Shown: piece after piece, positions 19,331 through 28,257 of the stretch | Layout of the letters: every line of letters begins with the position of its first letter | Numbering within the stretch: position 1 is the stretch's first letter | Assembly (NCBI GenBank): GCA_039714535.1 | Contig: JBDLJC010000009.1 | Location: 7,973 to 71,972 of the forward strand | Reading direction: 5' to 3' | Length of the DNA stretch: 64,000 nucleotides | Source: Thermodesulfobacteriota bacterium | Lineage (GTDB): Bacteria; Desulfobacterota; Desulfobulbia; Desulfobulbales; JAGXFP01 | Position numbers and translations under genes: made by a program | The notes under the pieces: generated by a model | Told to the model about the DNA's origin: nothing | What the model saw: only the letters and a program-made list of their open reading frames with translations | Databases searched by the model: none

Positions 19331-20541
19331 CTTTTAAGTTTCCCCGTGGCCTCTTTGGCCAAACTGATAAATGCTGAAATATGATCCGTCAGTTTATCAA
19401 AGATTTTAACGGAATTTTCCCGGGCGGCGGTGCGGATAATGAGCAAGGTCAAAATTCCGAAAATAAGGTTGGGCCCCCACATCACCGGGCCAATCACCAT
19501 TCCCGAAGTTTCGGCTATCGATTTGGCAAAAGAAAGCATAATGTAGTAGATGAAAAAGAAGAAAAGCCCCAAAGGTAGCCCCGCTTTGCTTCGGCCCGGT
19601 TTGGACTGGAGGGCCAGGGGCAGGGCCAGGATGGTCAGGATCAAGCACCCCACCGGCAGGGCGAAGCGTTTGTGGAATTCAATGATCAAACTGATGCTGA
19701 CGCCCAATAAATGGCTTTTGCGGCGAGGGTCTTTTGCGGAGCCGGCAGTGGTTTTAAGTTCTGCGGCCCAGGCAAGAAGTTCGGCCGGTGAGAGCTCCTT
19801 CTTATGCCCCTCTTGCATCGGCGCACCGGGAGTAAGGGGTAGTTGTAAATTATAGCCGCCGAAACGGATAGTCTGGCTGACATCGGAACCGTTGCGGTGG
19901 ATGGTGCCATCCCTAAGGACCAGATTAACCGTCATCTTGTCGAGATCGGCGTCAAGACTGCCGCTTTGGGCTATGATGGTTAAAGGGGTTTGCCGGTCCC
20001 TTTGGTCGGAGATAAAGACCCCCTGCCATTGGCCGGTCTGCTTGTCGATTCGGTCCACATAAACGACCACATCCTTGATGCTGTCGCTGAATTCCTTGGC
20101 CTGGACACCTTGCTCAATCTTCTCTCTGGCCAATTGGTAGAAAGTCTGTTTCAGGGCCACGCTGCTTTTGGGGATTAGCATGGTTGAGGCGAGGGCGGTG
20201 AGACCTGTGGTGAAAAGGGCGACGATGACAACCGGGATAAGCAGGCGGTAAATACCGATTCCGGCGGCTTTTAAGGCCAGGATCTCATTGTCGCCGGTCA
20301 TGCGGGTAAAAGCGATGATCACCCCGAGAGTACTGGCCATGGGGATGGAGAAGAGCAGCAGGCTGGGCAACAGATAGATGCTGATCCTGCTAAAATCAGC
20401 AAAACCGATGCCGAAACTGAAGATGATGTCCAGTAACGAAGACAGCTTGCCCAGAAAGAGGATCGCGTTTATTATCAGCAGGCTGGCAAAGAAGGGGCCG
20501 AGAATTTCTGCGGTCAGATATGCGTAAAGTAGGATGGGCAT
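19327..20541 (-). CDS. lptF: LPS export ABC permease LptF (YjgP/YjgQ family)
   Basis: 404 aa, paralogous architecture to lptG. Typical lptF-lptG pair. Confidence 0.8.
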   Translation of the reverse strand: MPILLYAYLTAEILGPFFASLLIINAILFLGKLSSLLDIIFSFGIGFADFSRISIYLLPSLLLFSIPMASTLGVIIAFTRMTGDNEILALKAAGIGIYRLLIPVVIVALFTTGLTALASTMLIPKSSVALKQTFYQLAREKIEQGVQAKEFSDSIKDVVVYVDRIDKQTGQWQGVFISDQRDRQTPLTIIAQSGSLDADLDKMTVNLVLRDGTIHRNGSDVSQTIRFGGYNLQLPLTPGAPMQEGHKKELSPAELLAWAAELKTTAGSAKDPRRKSHLLGVSISLIIEFHKRFALPVGCLILTILALPLALQSKPGRSKAGLPLGLFFFFIYYIMLSFAKSIAETSGMVIGPVMWGPNLIFGILTLLIIRTAARENSVKIFDKLTDHISAFISLAKEATGKLKR

Positions 20542-20578
20542 CAGATTTCTTTGTTAATTTGTCTGGCAGTCGTTAGTT

Positions 20579-20962
20579 TCAGGCTGAGATCAGGTAGCGG
20601 CGGGAGACATAGTAGCCGGCCAGCACCAGGGTTACGCCTATAATATTGCTGATTCCCGTATAAATAAGGGCTGCCTTCCAATCGCCAAGCTTGAATAACT
20701 GGGCTGTTTCCCTGGTGAAGGTTGAAAAAGTTGTAAAGCCGCCCAGGAAGCCGGTGAAGATAAAGAGTCGCCACTCGTTGGTCAGCCGTGACCCTTCAAA
20801 CAGGCTCCAGAGCAGGCCGATCAGGAATGAACCCAGCAGGTTTGCCGCCAGGGTGCCGGTCGGGAAAGAGGGTCCGGTCAATCGCTGTACCGTCAGGAAC
20901 AGGAGATATCGACAAGCGGCGCCGATGGAGCCGCCGGTCATGACTGCCAGAAGTTTAAGCAT
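20579..20962 (-). CDS. crcB: Fluoride ion channel CrcB/FluC
   Basis: 127 aa, four TM segments, motif FLGGFTTFSTF. Confidence 0.9.
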   Translation of the reverse strand: MLKLLAVMTGGSIGAACRYLLFLTVQRLTGPSFPTGTLAANLLGSFLIGLLWSLFEGSRLTNEWRLFIFTGFLGGFTTFSTFTRETAQLFKLGDWKAALIYTGISNIIGVTLVLAGYYVSRRYLISA

Positions 20963-21128
20963 AGGTGGTCCCGGTACTTTCCGCTTTGTTGCGAGAGTAG
21001 CAGCTGCTGCTGGTCAAAATGATAAACAAGTGGTGTAACTTACTATCTTAGGGATATTTATTCAAAAGGATATTTCCCCGCAACCATACAAAAAAAATGC
21101 CTCATTAACAAAACGGAATCTTTTAATC

Positions 21129-22673
21129 ATGCAGCCGTTGGTCGAATTATATGAAATAGAGGTTGAAGGGCCAAGCCTCACAGACAACACTGGAGATCTC
21201 GATCGGCTGAAGCGGGCTGTTGCCGCACGACTTTCCGGTCGCGAACCGGTGGTGCCTTACAGCTGTCTGGCCCAGGTTGCCGCTAATTTTCGGCGGGGAG
21301 GATTTTCCGGCGGGGCGGTGGTTAATAATCTGGCGTCTGGCCCGGAACTTGTCGATTTTCTTAAAAAATCCACAAACCCCCTGGTCGGTATGGCGCTGGA
21401 TCTCGGCACCACCCATCTTGAGGCGGCCTTGGTGGAATTGGATTCCGGCAGACGGCTAGCCGAGGCCAATCGCGAAAATTCCCAGATACAATTCGGGGCT
21501 GATATTTTAAGCAGGATTCATCATGGCGCCGAACCGGGGGGGCTTACGGCCCTGCACCGCACCATAATCGCCGATGTTAATGAACTGGCGAGAAGCATGG
21601 CCGAGCAGGTGGGGTTGGCGGCGGCAGAGATCAGGGCCCTGAGTGTTTCCGGCAATACGACTATGGTCCATTTTTTTCTGAACCTCGATCCCTATTATCT
21701 GATCAGGGAGCCCTACATCCCTCTGGTTAATGTCCCTGACCCGTGCCATGCTGAAGAACTGGGGCTGGCGATTAATCCGCGTGGTGTGGTGTGGGTTATG
21801 CCCAGTGTCGGCAGTTATTTCGGCGGTGATCTGGTCTCGGGCGTGGTTGCCAGCGGCTTGGCTCGTGGTGACAAGGTCGGCATGCTGATTGATGTTGGCA
21901 CCAATGCCGAGGTGATAGTCGGCAATAACGAGTGGCTGATCGCCTGTGCCGGGGCCGCCGGGCCGGCTCTGGAGGGGGGAGTGGCCAAGATGGGGATGCG
22001 GGCCGCCCCCGGCGCTGTCGAGCATGTCGAAATTGACCCGGAGACAGGAAAGCTCAATTACACGACAATCGATGGCGGCAAGCCGAAGGGGATTTGCGGT
22101 TCGGGGATTATCGATCTGGTGGCGGCCCTTTACCTGGCCAGAATTATTGATATCCGGGGGAAATTCCGCCTCGCCCACGACACGGATCGTTTAGTTGAGA
22201 CCGACGAAGGCCTGGCCTATGTGGTGGCTGCTGCTGATGAATCAGCAGACGGTCAGCCGGTGCTCTTCGGTCAGGTTGATCTGGATGCGGTGATGCGTTC
22301 CAAGGCGGCGATGTACTCGATTCTTACCACCCTGGCCAATCAGGTGGGGACCAGCTTCACTGAGCTTGAGCACATCTATGTGGCCGGGGCCTTTGGCCGG
22401 CATATCTCTCCCCGCCAAGCTATTACCCTGGGTATGCTCCCTGATCTGCCCCTTGAGACCTTTAAGCCGATCGGCAATAGCTCTCTGGCCGGGGCGGAGC
22501 TGGTATTGCTTGACGAACAAGCCCGGCGGGATTGTCGGCAACTGGTCAAAAAAATCACCTACCTCGAACTAAATGTTAACCAGGAATTTATGATCAGATT
22601 TTCCGGATCACGTTTTATCCCCCATACCGATCATACCCTGTTTCCCTCGGTGCCTTTTTTTAGCGACAACTAA
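21129..22673 (+). CDS. ASKHA-fold DUF4445 protein (RACo-like corrinoid reductive activase homologue lacking the ferredoxin domain)
   Basis: 514 aa. Motifs LDLGTTHLEAA, VSGNTTMVHF, IDVGTNAEV and GICGSGIIDL are typical of the RACo C-terminal ATPase module. No N-terminal 2Fe-2S Cys motif is seen. Confidence 0.75.
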   Translation: MQPLVELYEIEVEGPSLTDNTGDLDRLKRAVAARLSGREPVVPYSCLAQVAANFRRGGFSGGAVVNNLASGPELVDFLKKSTNPLVGMALDLGTTHLEAALVELDSGRRLAEANRENSQIQFGADILSRIHHGAEPGGLTALHRTIIADVNELARSMAEQVGLAAAEIRALSVSGNTTMVHFFLNLDPYYLIREPYIPLVNVPDPCHAEELGLAINPRGVVWVMPSVGSYFGGDLVSGVVASGLARGDKVGMLIDVGTNAEVIVGNNEWLIACAGAAGPALEGGVAKMGMRAAPGAVEHVEIDPETGKLNYTTIDGGKPKGICGSGIIDLVAALYLARIIDIRGKFRLAHDTDRLVETDEGLAYVVAAADESADGQPVLFGQVDLDAVMRSKAAMYSILTTLANQVGTSFTELEHIYVAGAFGRHISPRQAITLGMLPDLPLETFKPIGNSSLAGAELVLLDEQARRDCRQLVKKITYLELNVNQEFMIRFSGSRFIPHTDHTLFPSVPFFSDN

Positions 22674-22922
22674 GGAGGGCGGCGGTTATTTTCTTCCACT
22701 GTTTTTCGCTCGCAAAGTCCCGGTTTGCCTTATCCCTAACTGTTATCTATGCTTGCGTCCTGTTCGACTTTCTTGCATCATCATAGCCATCTGTGTTAAA
22801 TTCACCCTCTTTGCGAGTCCGGTTTGCTTAGGCTCCAATGTCGAGTAGGTTCGACCGGGTATGATGAACAGGTGTTTCGGGGGCGTTGTTTGAAGAATAA
22901 CGGCAGTTGTAACGGCAATAAC

Positions 22923-23924
22923 GTGCGAAGTCTTTCCAAGCGCACGGCTAAAGAGCGTCTCCAGGAATTCTGGGATGTCTTTGATAAAGAGGATGAGGTC
23001 CTGGTGGTTATCAATGCCGATCCTGATGCCCTGGCCAGCGCCTTGGCCGTCCGGCGTCTTCTGCGCTACCGAGTCAAGAGCGTCACTGTTGCCTATCCCA
23101 ATGAGATTCGTCGCTTAAGTAATATCGCCATGGTCGATCTCCTCAAGATCCGGGCCGAGCGCTTGCAAAATTGTCGGCCGGATGATTTCTCCAAAAAGGT
23201 GATGCTCGACTCCCAACCGAACCATCTCCCTGTTTTTGAAGAGATGGAGTTTGATGCGGTTATCGATCATCACCCTGCCACCAAGGGTTGGGTCGCAACC
23301 TATGTGGATATCAGAAAGGATTTTGGCGCCACGGCTTCGATGATGGTCGAATATCTGCGGGCTGCGGCGATGAAGCCCTCTGTCGCAATGGCGACGGCCT
23401 TGTTCTACGCCATTAAGGTGGATACCCATAATTTTGAGAAGAAGACCGTCGCCGCCGATGCCATCTCCTTTCGATACCTTTACAACATCGCCAACCATAA
23501 CCTGGTCCGCAAGATCGAACTCTCGGAGCTCAGGAAATCTGAGCTCAATTATTTCAAGACCGCCTTCAATGAATACCGAATCAACAAAAAAAAGTTATAC
23601 ATCCACATGGGGCGAGTTCGGAGTCCGGATATTCTGGTGATAATCGCCGACTTCTTCAACCGGGTTCATGATATCTCGTGGGTGCTGGTCTCCGGGATCC
23701 ACGGGGAGCGGTTGGTGGTCATCTTCCGCAGTGACGGATACAAGAAAAACGCGGGGAAACTGGCGGCTAATATCTTCTCCAAGCTCGGCTCCGCCGGTGG
23801 CCATCGTGAGGCCGCCAGGGCCGAAGTCCCTCTCAAGAATCTTGATATGGATGCGGTGGATTTTACTACCAGAACCTTGATGCGGCTTTCCACCAAGCAT
23901 ATAAAAAAGATGGATCCTGAGTGA
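22923..23924 (+). CDS. DHH/DHHA1-family phosphoesterase (NrnA-like)
   Basis: The ORF is open from 22824. GTG 22923 is the preferred start, but this is uncertain. DHH motif AVIDHHP and DHHA1 motif GGHREAA. Confidence 0.75.
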   Translation: MRSLSKRTAKERLQEFWDVFDKEDEVLVVINADPDALASALAVRRLLRYRVKSVTVAYPNEIRRLSNIAMVDLLKIRAERLQNCRPDDFSKKVMLDSQPNHLPVFEEMEFDAVIDHHPATKGWVATYVDIRKDFGATASMMVEYLRAAAMKPSVAMATALFYAIKVDTHNFEKKTVAADAISFRYLYNIANHNLVRKIELSELRKSELNYFKTAFNEYRINKKKLYIHMGRVRSPDILVIIADFFNRVHDISWVLVSGIHGERLVVIFRSDGYKKNAGKLAANIFSKLGSAGGHREAARAEVPLKNLDMDAVDFTTRTLMRLSTKHIKKMDPE

Positions 23925-24158
23925 AACTTCAGCACGGGACCCTGGCTATGGTATTGGTCGGTGGCCGGGTCGACGAGCTTAACGTAGCGGTCTGTTGTAC
24001 CATTTTGGCGGTTCCGCCATGGGCACCCTGATGGGTTCCGCTCTGGAACGGGTTGTCTTTCCTGTCAGGATTGGGTTAGATAACAGCTGAATTAAAACTC
24101 ACAAAAAAACCATGAATTCATGAAATTTGTGATTTTGTCTTGTTAGACTGGAGCCTTC

Positions 24159-25169
24159 TCAGCTGAGCTTGCGCTCAATTTCCTGTTTGAGCAGGCAGCA
24201 GGAGATGCGGTGCAGGGGCTTGCCATCGGGGCCGTAGGAGATGTTGCCGGGCTGCAACATCCTGTTCATTACGCATCCTTCTGGAATCTGCAGCTCAAAG
24301 AACCGGTCTTCATTAAGGCCTGCCCTTTTTAGCAGTTTACCATCTTTGATCTCCAGAGAATGGATGGGATGGTCTTCGCATAGCGGGCAGCGGTAGACCC
24401 GGCCATTGGGGAAAATGAAAAAGTTCTCCGCCACCTGGCCAGCGCATTCAAACTTTTCACTCTCATTCAGAAAAACCTTAGGGTAAATGGTTGGTATCCC
24501 CAGGGCTGCGGCTCTTGCTGCCACCGGCGGTACTTCCTTGAACCATTCGTCCGGAGTTAGTTGCAGATTTTGACCGTCTTCTGCTGATTTTCCCCGCAAC
24601 CCTATGACCTGGATAAAGAACCGGTTGACGCCAAGTTCGGCCAGCAGCTCCGGCATTCGCTGCAGATGTTTCAGGTTCATTTGGCTTACCGTGTAGATCA
24701 GGCTGGTCTTGAAGCCTCGGGCCACCGCCTTTTTCAGGTTGGCGGTGCAGGTTGCAAAAACCCCCTCGCCGCGAATCGGGTCATTTATCTCAGCGTCCGG
24801 GCCGTCCAGACTGAAACTGAGAACCGCATCTGTTGGTGAAATATGGTCGAGCAGGTTGTGGAAGAGGTAGCCGTTGGTGTCGACCGTAACCGAAGAGTAG
24901 CCGATCTCCCGGGCCTTTTTGATGCCGAAGGCGAGGTCCGGATGCATGGTCGGTTCGCCGCCCAGAAAGATGACGTTTGATTCTTTGTCTGGGGCGTGGA
25001 ACAGTTTGAGCCAGTCGACCATGGTTTGTCGGCTGACCATTTCAGAACCGTGCTGCTCCCGATTGATATAGCAGTGACGGCAGGCAAGGTTGCAGCCGGT
25101 AAGGATATGGAAGAAAATGTTTCGTTCTTCGGGCCGGAAACCGATGGTTTTGACGGTAGGTTTTTTCAT
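24159..25169 (-). CDS. Radical SAM protein with SPASM/twitch-like C-terminal Cys region
   Basis: Cluster motif CNLACRHC. The C-terminal FIFPNGRVYRCPLC segment resembles an auxiliary-cluster domain. The start overlaps the deaminase stop by 4 nt. Confidence 0.8.
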   Translation of the reverse strand: MKKPTVKTIGFRPEERNIFFHILTGCNLACRHCYINREQHGSEMVSRQTMVDWLKLFHAPDKESNVIFLGGEPTMHPDLAFGIKKAREIGYSSVTVDTNGYLFHNLLDHISPTDAVLSFSLDGPDAEINDPIRGEGVFATCTANLKKAVARGFKTSLIYTVSQMNLKHLQRMPELLAELGVNRFFIQVIGLRGKSAEDGQNLQLTPDEWFKEVPPVAARAAALGIPTIYPKVFLNESEKFECAGQVAENFFIFPNGRVYRCPLCEDHPIHSLEIKDGKLLKRAGLNEDRFFELQIPEGCVMNRMLQPGNISYGPDGKPLHRISCCLLKQEIERKLS

Positions 25170-25672
25170 GATTGTCGCAAGGTGTACTCGGCCAGCAGGC
25201 TCTCCTGCCAGTAGTCATTGTCTGGGTTATTGAAGAATGCACGGAACAGTTCCAGGCTTTCGCTGCGGCAGACCTGGGGGATTATCTCCACCTTCATCTG
25301 CTGGTAAAGCGGCTTCAGGCTGGAGAGGTCCAGGTCGGTACCGCCGCCCATGGCATCCTCATAGGCGTAGACGACACGCCTGATCCCGTTGAGCAGCATG
25401 GTCGTGTAGCACATCAGGCACGGTTCCATGGTGGCGTAGACGGTCACATCCCCCGGCGCGATCTCCGGGTGATCGGTCAGGAGTCGGCTCAGGGCCGAGA
25501 TTTCGGCATGATCCATCTCGTTGGCTGTTTCCCCCCGGCTGTTGAAACGTCGGCCCCGGCTCACAACTCTATCTCCGTAAACTATTATGCAGCCAACCGG
25601 GAATTCGCCGCCAGCCATGGCGCGGCGCGCTTCAGCCAGGGCCTTTTGCATATATTCTTGGTCGCGGTTCAA
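25166..25672 (-). CDS. CMP/dCMP-type zinc deaminase (TadA/GuaD-like nucleoside or base deaminase)
   Basis: 168 aa with zinc motifs DHAEISAL and EPCLMC. Confidence 0.85.
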   Translation of the reverse strand: MNRDQEYMQKALAEARRAMAGGEFPVGCIIVYGDRVVSRGRRFNSRGETANEMDHAEISALSRLLTDHPEIAPGDVTVYATMEPCLMCYTTMLLNGIRRVVYAYEDAMGGGTDLDLSSLKPLYQQMKVEIIPQVCRSESLELFRAFFNNPDNDYWQESLLAEYTLRQS

Positions 25673-25708
25673 TTTTCTTCGTCCCCTCTGTTTTGCGTAA
25701 TCGGTAGG

Positions 25709-26779
25709 CTATTTATCGAGTTCCTGGTTTTGCAGAATATGGATATCCCTTTGCGGGAAGGGGATCACAATGCCCCTGTCGTCAAAAACCTTGTAGATGG
25801 CTTTCAGGAGGTTGTGAATTTCCAGACCTTTGCTGGACGGCTGCCCAACCCAACAAAGCAGTTGGAAATTTACCGATGAATCCGCAAAGGAACGTAGACG
25901 CACTCTGGGGGCCGGTTCCTTTTCGACGTTGGGGTTGGCCAGGGCTGCCTCCAGGACTATTTTCTCGACTTGTTCCAGGTCGCTGCCGTAGGCAACCCCG
26001 AATGGCACCCTGATCCGGAATCTTGGGACCGGGGCGCTTTCATTGATGATTTTGGAGTTGGCCAGGATGGCATTGGGGATGGTGATCATAACGTCATCGC
26101 GGGTCTTGATTCGGGTGGAGCGAATGCCGATCTCGACGACTTCGCCCCGTTCACCGGTATCGACAATAATGTAGTCGCCAATCTTGTACGTCCTGTCCAG
26201 GAAGATACTGATGCCGCCAAAAAAATTGGCCAGGGTGTCTTTGGCCGCCAAGGCGATGGCAATTCCGACAATCCCGGCGGAAGCGAAGAGTGGGGTAAGG
26301 CTGATATGCCAGATGGTCAAAAACCAGAGGAATCCCGAAACGAGGAGAACCACCCGGGTCACATTTTTGAGGAGCAGCAACACGTCCTTGCCGATCTCGT
26401 CCTGTCGGGGCGAGCGGTTGATCCTCTCCTGGAAGGCCCAGTTAAATACCCTGATCAGGGCTATTGTCCAGACCAGTAGAATTATGCTTCGGGCCATGGC
26501 GGACAGGATGGTTTGCCAAGGCTCAGCAAAGGGTTCTATGTTTAAGGCGTGCAGGATTCCGAGCCAAAAAACGGACCAGCATATTGGTTTGTGGACAAAA
26601 TTTACCAGATAATCGTCAATGGTTATCTTGGTCCAGCCCGCGGCCTTGCGCACCAGCTTATCGATCAGCAGGTCAACAATTTTAGCCAGGATCAGGTAAA
26701 TGGCGATAACGATAAATCGCTTGATATAGATGTTTTCTTTGACGATCTGGAAGCTGTCCAGCAAACTGCCGAAATCCAT
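25709..26779 (-). CDS. Mechanosensitive ion channel family protein (MscS-like)
   Basis: 356 aa. N-terminal TM helices, pore-helix motif LAAKDTLANFFGGISIF, beta-domain IGDYIIV. Confidence 0.9.
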   Translation of the reverse strand: MDFGSLLDSFQIVKENIYIKRFIVIAIYLILAKIVDLLIDKLVRKAAGWTKITIDDYLVNFVHKPICWSVFWLGILHALNIEPFAEPWQTILSAMARSIILLVWTIALIRVFNWAFQERINRSPRQDEIGKDVLLLLKNVTRVVLLVSGFLWFLTIWHISLTPLFASAGIVGIAIALAAKDTLANFFGGISIFLDRTYKIGDYIIVDTGERGEVVEIGIRSTRIKTRDDVMITIPNAILANSKIINESAPVPRFRIRVPFGVAYGSDLEQVEKIVLEAALANPNVEKEPAPRVRLRSFADSSVNFQLLCWVGQPSSKGLEIHNLLKAIYKVFDDRGIVIPFPQRDIHILQNQELDK

Positions 26780-26803
26780 GGGGGGTGGTCTCCGAATATT
26801 TAA

Positions 26804-26852
26804 CTTATACCGCCAGGGTTCTGTTCAATCCCCCCTTGCGGGGGGCATAAGT
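26804..26852. repeat. Dispersed hairpin repeat, copy 1 (CTTATACC..GGGTTCTGTTCAATCCCCCC-TTGC-GGGGGGCATAAG)
   Basis: Near-identical sequence occurs at 38947..38994 and a core copy at 60691..60724. It has an internal G6/C6 hairpin and an outer CTTATACC/GGCATAAG pairing. Confidence 0.65.
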
Positions 26853-27119
26853 CTCGATTTCTCGCGAACTCGCTTATCGGTTTGGGCCGACGAGCGGCCC
26901 AACTCAGCTTTATACCTTCAGGCCTGAAATGGGAATAATATCATTATCCGGCCAATTTCGCATCAGGATTGATGGGTCAGTTGCTTCAAGGTCGTCCCCG
27001 GAGGCATGTTTGGAGAAGCCTTGCTTGAAAAGCCTTGGAAAATCGGTTACTAGAGGTGATTTACTATTGGGTCGGAAGTTGGTTGGTCTCGGAATAAATA
27101 TCGAGGATGGTTGAGCGCG

Positions 27120-28163
27120 GTGAATGTCAGAGAAAAGATTGAGCAAAGAGAAGGAGACACCCTGTCGTCCTTCGCCTGTCTTAGCGCTACAAGCAAGGGG
27201 CGCATGCGGGAAGAGGCCGAATGTCCGTTGCGAACCGCTTTTCAGCATGACCGGGACCGGATCGTTTATTCCCAGGCCTTCAGGCGTTTGAAGCATAAAA
27301 CCCAGGTTTTTCTGGCTCCTTCCGGCGATCATTGCCGAACCAGATTGACCCATACCCTGGAGGTTTCCGAGATTGGCAGGACTATGGCTCGGGCCATGGA
27401 TCTTAATGAAGACCTGGTTGAGGCTATCTCTCTTGGCCATGATCTTGGCCATACCCCGTTTGGTCATGCCGGGGAAACAGTGCTGAATGAACTGGTTTCC
27501 GGCGGCTTCTCCCATTATCGGCAGTCTTTGCGGGTGGTTGATGTATTGGAGAATGGTGGTAATGGCTTGAATCTAACCGCTGAGGTGCGGGATGGCATCG
27601 CCAAACATTCCAAGGGCTATGGTGAGGTAATCCCGGCCGATAGTCATGGTTTGCCTGAGACGGCCGAGGGGTGTCTGGTCCGCTATGCGGATATTATTGC
27701 CTATCTTAGCCACGATCTCGATGATGCGATTCATAGTAATATAATCGGTGAGGATGATGTGCCGGATGAGTGCCACAAGGTTATGGGCCTCACCCATTCA
27801 AGTCGGATTATGACCATGGTTGAAGGGGTGATTTCCCATACCCTGCCCAGTGAAGGAGGCGCAGGTCCTCGGTTGGAGTTTGGGGTTGATCCCCAAGTTG
27901 GTGAGGCGATGCATACCTTGCGGAGCTTTCTTTTTCACCGGGTATACCGCTCCCCCCAGGTTCATAACGAGTTTGTCAAATCCCGCAAGATTCTTCGGGA
28001 TCTTTTTCAGTACTGCTTGGAAAATCAGGACTTTCTCGAAGAGGAGACGGCGGGGGGAGCGGCTTGCTCTTCTCCGGAAAGGCGGGTTTGTGATTTTATT
28101 GCCAGCATGTCGGATCGGCATGCCCAGAACCTGTATCACCGGCTGTTTGTGCCGGAAACATAG
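27120..28163 (+). CDS. dgt: dGTP triphosphohydrolase-like HD-domain protein
   Basis: HD motifs RLTHTLEVSEIGR and GHDLGHTPFGH. The ORF is open from TTG 27111. GTG 27120 is preferred because of its spacing to GAGGA. Confidence 0.85.
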   Translation: MNVREKIEQREGDTLSSFACLSATSKGRMREEAECPLRTAFQHDRDRIVYSQAFRRLKHKTQVFLAPSGDHCRTRLTHTLEVSEIGRTMARAMDLNEDLVEAISLGHDLGHTPFGHAGETVLNELVSGGFSHYRQSLRVVDVLENGGNGLNLTAEVRDGIAKHSKGYGEVIPADSHGLPETAEGCLVRYADIIAYLSHDLDDAIHSNIIGEDDVPDECHKVMGLTHSSRIMTMVEGVISHTLPSEGGAGPRLEFGVDPQVGEAMHTLRSFLFHRVYRSPQVHNEFVKSRKILRDLFQYCLENQDFLEEETAGGAACSSPERRVCDFIASMSDRHAQNLYHRLFVPET

Positions 28164-28257
28164 TTGATAAAAGTGGCTGCCATTTCCTAATGGCTGTTTG
28201 AAGATAAATAATTGATGGTCTCGGAAAAAGTCTATCTTAGCGCAGGAGGTTTTCAGG

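Noticed and set aside
20963-21128. Expected fluoride (crcB-motif) riboswitch upstream of crcB
   Set aside because: I read the minus-strand leader and found none of the conserved riboswitch core (GGCGATG … CCGCC … AAAC.GCC … CTGATGA-like elements). The crcB gene here appears to lack the riboswitch or to be regulated differently. Confirmation needs an Rfam scan.
26804-26852. Interpretation of the dispersed hairpin repeat as a CRISPR repeat or as a tRNA/tmRNA T-arm fragment
   Set aside because: The copies are solitary and 12-22 kb apart. They have no spacer-repeat periodicity and there are no cas genes. GGGTTCTGTTCAATCCCC does not form a T-arm: the G and C runs pair with the downstream G6, not across a TTCRANT loop. 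No acceptor or anticodon arms are present.
26910-27515. 201-aa minus-strand ORF spanning the mscS/dgt intergenic region and the 5' end of dgt
   Set aside because: Most of it is antisense to the HD-domain dGTPase gene. It has no Shine-Dalgarno sequence and no recognisable family.
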